Shown: positions 59,501-64,000 of the stretch, one piece after another
Layout of the letters: each line of letters opens with the position of its first letter
Numbering within the stretch: position 1 is the first letter of the stretch
Assembly (NCBI GenBank): GCA_051362555.1
Contig: CM120640.1
Coordinates: forward strand, 59,188,788-59,252,787
DNA from: Lingula anatina
Taxonomy: Eukaryota > Animalia > Brachiopoda
DNA: 64,000 nt
Direction: 5' to 3'
The notes under the pieces: generated by a model
Database searches by the model: none
Told to the model about the DNA's origin: nothing
The model's input: only the letters and a program-made list of their open reading frames with translations
Position numbers and translations under genes: made by a program

Positions 59501-60871
59501 TTCAGTTCATGGTGAAAAGTAGGTCAAAGGTCAATTTTAAGGTCACATTTAGATTGCCAGTATATGACTTCCTATTCAACTTCAATAGTAACTATGGACC
59601 TATCTCTGCCAGTTTTGGAGATAAAAGGGACTTAATGTTATAATTTCAGAGTTACCTTAATGTGCCATAAATTTCCTACAGAAAGAATTAATTAAAATAA
59701 AGAAAAGGTCATTTTGGTCAAAATTCTTGAAATGGAAGGTGCTCTGAAGTTCCAGAAGTTCAAATTTGATGAAATAATGTCATTTTTGACCACAAGTTGT
59801 CTGCTTTGCCAAGCCTTATGTTTTATTTTTCCAGAGTTCAAAATTTATTATCCATTACCGTACTGCACATTTTGCTTTCACCACCAATATGTACTTTTTG
59901 ATACAGCTTAACTCGAAAACCGTATGGAATACAAAAAAACTGAGACCACCTCCAGTGTTGGGCTTTACATGCTCTACAAAATGCAAAAAAGAATGGGTCT
60001 CTAGCATTAACGGTTCCCGAATTAGAGACAGTTTTCAGTTTCGGTATCTTATGGCCGCTACACCCGTGAAAATGCACCGATTGACCCCAAATTCACAAAG
60101 ATGAAAGATGACCTGAAGGGTAACATTTTCCAATAATATTATTGGTTAAGTCTGTGTGGTGTCTGAGTAACAGCACAAATAATTTTTTTTTCGTAAAAAA
60201 ATTCATTTTTTTGAAAATTTTTGCCCGTTTGACCTTGAAATAAAGGTCAAAGGTCAAATCCAAGGGCATATTTGAAATCTACACATATGACTTTTGGAAA
60301 GCCGTCTGTAGAAATTTTTCCCATAATTCCTTCCGTAGGGTAGATAATTAGCATTTAATTTTGCCATTTTTGGACAAGGGTGCATTGCAATGAGTGCCAA
60401 ACATAGACCCCAATACCGACAAAGCCCAAATTTTACGTGGAACGAGTTGAGATTATAGGTGACCTAAATCCAAGAGATGGGTATGGGGGCCCTTACCGTC
60501 TAGGAGGAGAAGCGGTAACGGTAACATGGCGGCGGAGCCGCAGGAGCCGGCGGCGCCGGCGGAACAGACCGGACGGGACTAAAACCATGTGTACCGCCAG
60601 CGCTAACGCCGGTGGTACAATAAACCAAAATTATAGTTCTTAAAATTATATATAAATACCCAAATGTAGGTCTTTCTTTAAAAAATAATTTATAAAAACA
60701 CTTACTCTAATAATCGCATACCAGCTGTAGCCCCAAGAAATACTCTTGTCTTGTGATAAGAGGCCTCTGGAATGTGTGGGGCTATATATGTATCCACACA
60801 TGGCTTCAAAGCAGTACCTGCTTGCTTGGGGTTATCTCCATAACTGGACAAACTGGGGCATTTAGTGTGAT
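50518..60871 (-). CDS. Ectonucleoside triphosphate diphosphohydrolase (CD39/ENTPD1-2-3-8-like); 8 exons in window, ACR1 exon not found (probably beyond right edge)
   Basis: Exons 60871-60706, 53829-53658, 53087-52839, 52519-52361, 51994-51845, 51607-51482, 51090-50950, 50742-50518. Apyrase regions LGATAGMRLL (ACR2), ISGREEGTYAWVTVN (ACR3), GAMDMGGASTQ (ACR4), GWALGFML (ACR5), and a C-terminal transmembrane helix. Confidence 0.93.
54894..57467. mobile_element. PIF/Harbinger-type MITE, third layer
   Basis: ~38-bp TIR AGCCCGCCGCACACAGAACAATTTTTCGCCGGCCGACA (3 mismatches) with 3-bp TSD TTA (54891-54893 and 57468-57470). Confidence 0.85.
55361..57208 (-). mobile_element. HINE family B copy 1 (innermost layer), ~5 core repeats of ~145 bp
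   Basis: AACTAGAGGATCAGAGAGGCGATACCACCTCTG hairpin with subTIR GTACCACCAGC; far end GTACCGCCAGCG-TACA-CGCTGGTGGTAC; GGAGCC microsatellite. Confidence 0.8.
58279..60620 (-). mobile_element. HINE family B copy 2
   Basis: Same termini and body as 55361-57208, with a longer and more homogeneous core array. Confidence 0.85.
58480..59630. repeat. Tandem array of eight 145-148-bp units
   Basis: AGGTCAAAGGTCA at 58496, 58641, 58787, 58935, 59081, 59227, 59375, 59521. Confidence 0.95.
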
Positions 60872-63800
60872 CTGAAAAATAATGACAAAATTGAGTTGTT
60901 AACTGAATAAATTTATCAAAATATATTAAAATGTTTCAAAACATAAAATGGGATAATATCAATTTTGACCAATCTAATGGACACAATAGACTTATATGTA
61001 GGACTGCTGTCAGTAATGATTTATGGGGGTTAATTTCTATTACACAACCTTCTCTCTACCTGCAATATGAATACATATATTAATGCAACTTCATTATCTC
61101 TTAGGCCAAAGGCCTTCACATATACAGTATTACAACTATCCATAAATCATATAGACAATCTAGGAAAGATTCTTAAGAGAAATTAGTTCTGATTCCTTAT
61201 TTCAAATGACTGATTTCAATACACTCCCAAGTTGTTTTTTTTTTTTTTTCCCAGATTTTTAGTTCTTTATCGCAGGATTTTAACTATAGGCATATAATAC
61301 TATTTAACATGATGTGAATGATAAATCTATGAAAAAATTCTGAGACTCGTAGTGTCTAATTAGATATGGGGTAAATAAACAACCACATATAGATTAATAA
61401 TAGTGAATGTTAGTTAGCTGTTTTAGCACAGTGAATAACATTCACTAAAATATAAACATTTAAAATATAAACATTTTATAAATAACTTTTGCTACTCAGG
61501 CACACATTCATGTGCTATTCATAATAGGGAATGTCCGGGATAGCCTAATTTGAACATCTGCGCAGCAGATGACGTCAAACGAGACCTGGATTGGAGCGAG
61601 ATTTCACGAGAGGTGGGGTTAAAATCTGCCATTGAAACTTCTCTCGCTGTCGGGCATAAGCCTATGTTATAGGATTGCATTGAGTAAAATTTGGCGTTGT
61701 CATGTCATTTGAGATAAGCAACGCAATGGCGAATTGCTTATATCGTGTCGTAGGGTGCATTGCAGTTAAAGTTAAGCTAGAAAACCATGAAAATTACCAC
61801 GGATGACGGACACGACTGGCGAGAGAAGTGAAGTGAAGAAAGAGAAGTTGGGCTTGATTAGATTAAAAGGAGTAAGTGCCAACATATTTAAAGTATAGAT
61901 CAGGTCGCAGTATTTTGTAGAGAGAAAGTGACCAACTGCAGTCAACTCGCACCCGGCACGTCACTGGCTCCATGGCATCACCGTATAGACCGTATCATCA
62001 ACGGTCGAGGGGGATAATAATAAGTACGTTTTGTGTGTAGTTTACAGGACACAATGGTTTATTAATGTAATACAGCCCTAGTACTTGTGATTAATAGTCT
62101 TTTACGGTAACTACATCAGACAAATTTGCTTGTAACATTCCTATCTCCATATAACGTGTACCTGATTATGAAATACTGGTGAACCTTCCACACCTATTAA
62201 GTATACACGGTGTTCAGTTGCATTTGTAACATTCCATGCCGGGTGGTCAGTTATGATAATTGCAAGTAAGGTAGAAATTAGAGTTGGTATTTTACAACAA
62301 CGTTTATCACATAATGATATATATTTCAGAAAACTGAGTTATTTTTTTTATATTTATTTTAGAGCATGACAGACACAGCACATGTTATTGAACCAGGCAA
62401 GAACTGTGAGAGTCATGTGGTCAGGATAATCAGATGTTGAAGATTGCTCAGTGTTTATTTATCTCTTATGTCCTTAGTTATTATGTTGTTTACTTAATTA
62501 TATCGGGAGTCAACAGATGGCATTTTTGTCTGGGTGTCACTAACAGTATCAGGCATTTTTTTTATTACTTTAAAATGAAATATTTGGTTTTATGAATATA
62601 ATTATAGGCCTATGTATTGTACTGCACTAGTGATTTAAAGAAGAAAATTATTTTTCTTGCTAGTATAATTTTTATGTTACTGTAATCTTTTTAAATAACT
62701 ATATGACACCTGTTTTTCATATCATTTACTCAGATCACAAATACAAGTTCGCCTGTGAAGTGTTTATTTGTTGCATTTGTGTATAACTGTCAATAAAATG
62801 CAATGATTTTGTGAAAATTTCAATTTATATGTTGTCCATTTTAATACTTTCTTTTGTCATCTTTCCTGTCATTTAAGTCGGATCTGATCACAATGAAACT
62901 TACATTTTGTGAATGCTATCCATTAGTTTCTATAGCATCATTTTCATAAGTAAATAAATGAAGAAAATTAACTTTATGATCAAACTCGAGCCTTTTGAAT
63001 TAGTTACTATAAATTTAGTGAAATTAAAACAAAGATGCAGGCAAGTCTAATGTTCAGATATGCCAACCATCAGTAAATGAAATGTCAAATGATGTAGCCT
63101 GTTTAACGCGACCTTTGCTGCGTAGCACGTCCTCAGGGCAAATTTTGCATTGCAAGCATCATCGGCACTTAGCTTGGCAAATTCAACATGTCAGTTGTAC
63201 GTACATATTATATCCATACTTTTTCTTTATAAAGTGAAAAAAGAACAAGCTTGCAGCTCAAAAATGTGTATGTTCAGCTATTTTTCAAGTAAAGAAATCG
63301 CTGCTCTACTTCCTTGTGGTCTCCATATTTTAACCCCACCTCAAGGCAGATCTCGTAAAATCACGGTAAAAATTGGTCTTCTCGTTGAGAACCCGGACAT
63401 CCTCTATTGCTCAGATACACCTTGATTTTTGCTAGCCAAAAAGAAGTTCTACTTTCAGTCACCAGATGGCACTGTATGCCTTATAATTTCCCCCTTCTCT
63501 CTGCTAAATAATGTGTTGACTGTTTGTCAATGAAATAACTACAACAACATTCCCCTACCATGACTTACTAAGAGATGTAAAATATGCTTCTGGTTTCCAA
63601 AGATAAATCTCTTTAAACTTTGGTGGTAATCTTGTTGTGACCTTCTCTAGCTACATATCTGTCCAGGTCTCTAATCACATAAACATGCATTTCCACAAAC
63701 AGAAAACCCACGTAAGCTAATATCTTTATCATTTATGATCCCTTTTTATCAAGGAAATTATACAGAATAATTCGATATTCAACTATAAAAACCCATTTTT

Positions 63801-64000
63801 TGAAAAAATTTACAATGACCATAATAACAAGAACTATTCTTCATTTCCATATTCAGCAGTGATGGCACGCTAAGCACTGATCTTAATTAAACAATGTCTG
63901 TTCAAAACTAGTTGTCATAAAACCTTACATATATATTTAGAAGATTAGATCATTTGTAAAGCTACTGCAATTTATATATACATGTAGTGCTCAACAAATT

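Noticed and set aside
58833-59515. Identical 80-aa ORFs and the regular repeat array as a gene or CRISPR
   Set aside because: These are contiguous satellite-like monomers with no unique spacers, no cas genes and a eukaryotic context.

Overview
AT-rich, intron-dense animal genomic DNA. The repeat types suggest a lophotrochozoan, probably a mollusc (inference). Five spliced genes can be rebuilt by hand from splice sites and frame continuity: Nup107 (-, 3' end runs off the left edge), BCCIP (+), DDX56 (-), DHX15/Prp43 (+) and a CD39-like ectonucleotidase ENTPD (-, 5' end runs off the right edge). The first four form two tight head-to-head pairs. Introns and the BCCIP-DDX56 gap carry many transposons: a solo LTR, TIR MITEs with 3-7 bp TSDs, a 9.85-kb Sola2-like element whose spliced transposase gene is interrupted by two Helentron-type (HINE) elements, and a four-level nest in ENTPD. 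The strongest leads are (i) a hairpin-sequestered alternative 3' splice site in DHX15 that would create an NMD isoform, (ii) a ~6.4-kb patchwork of coding fragments from unrelated TEs, all antisense to BCCIP (uni-strand piRNA-cluster-like), (iii) a candidate H/ACA snoRNA in a DHX15 intron, (iv) HINE repeats built from DR1/ERRE nuclear-receptor motifs, and (v) a U12 intron in Nup107. All calls were made by eye; no database searches were run.
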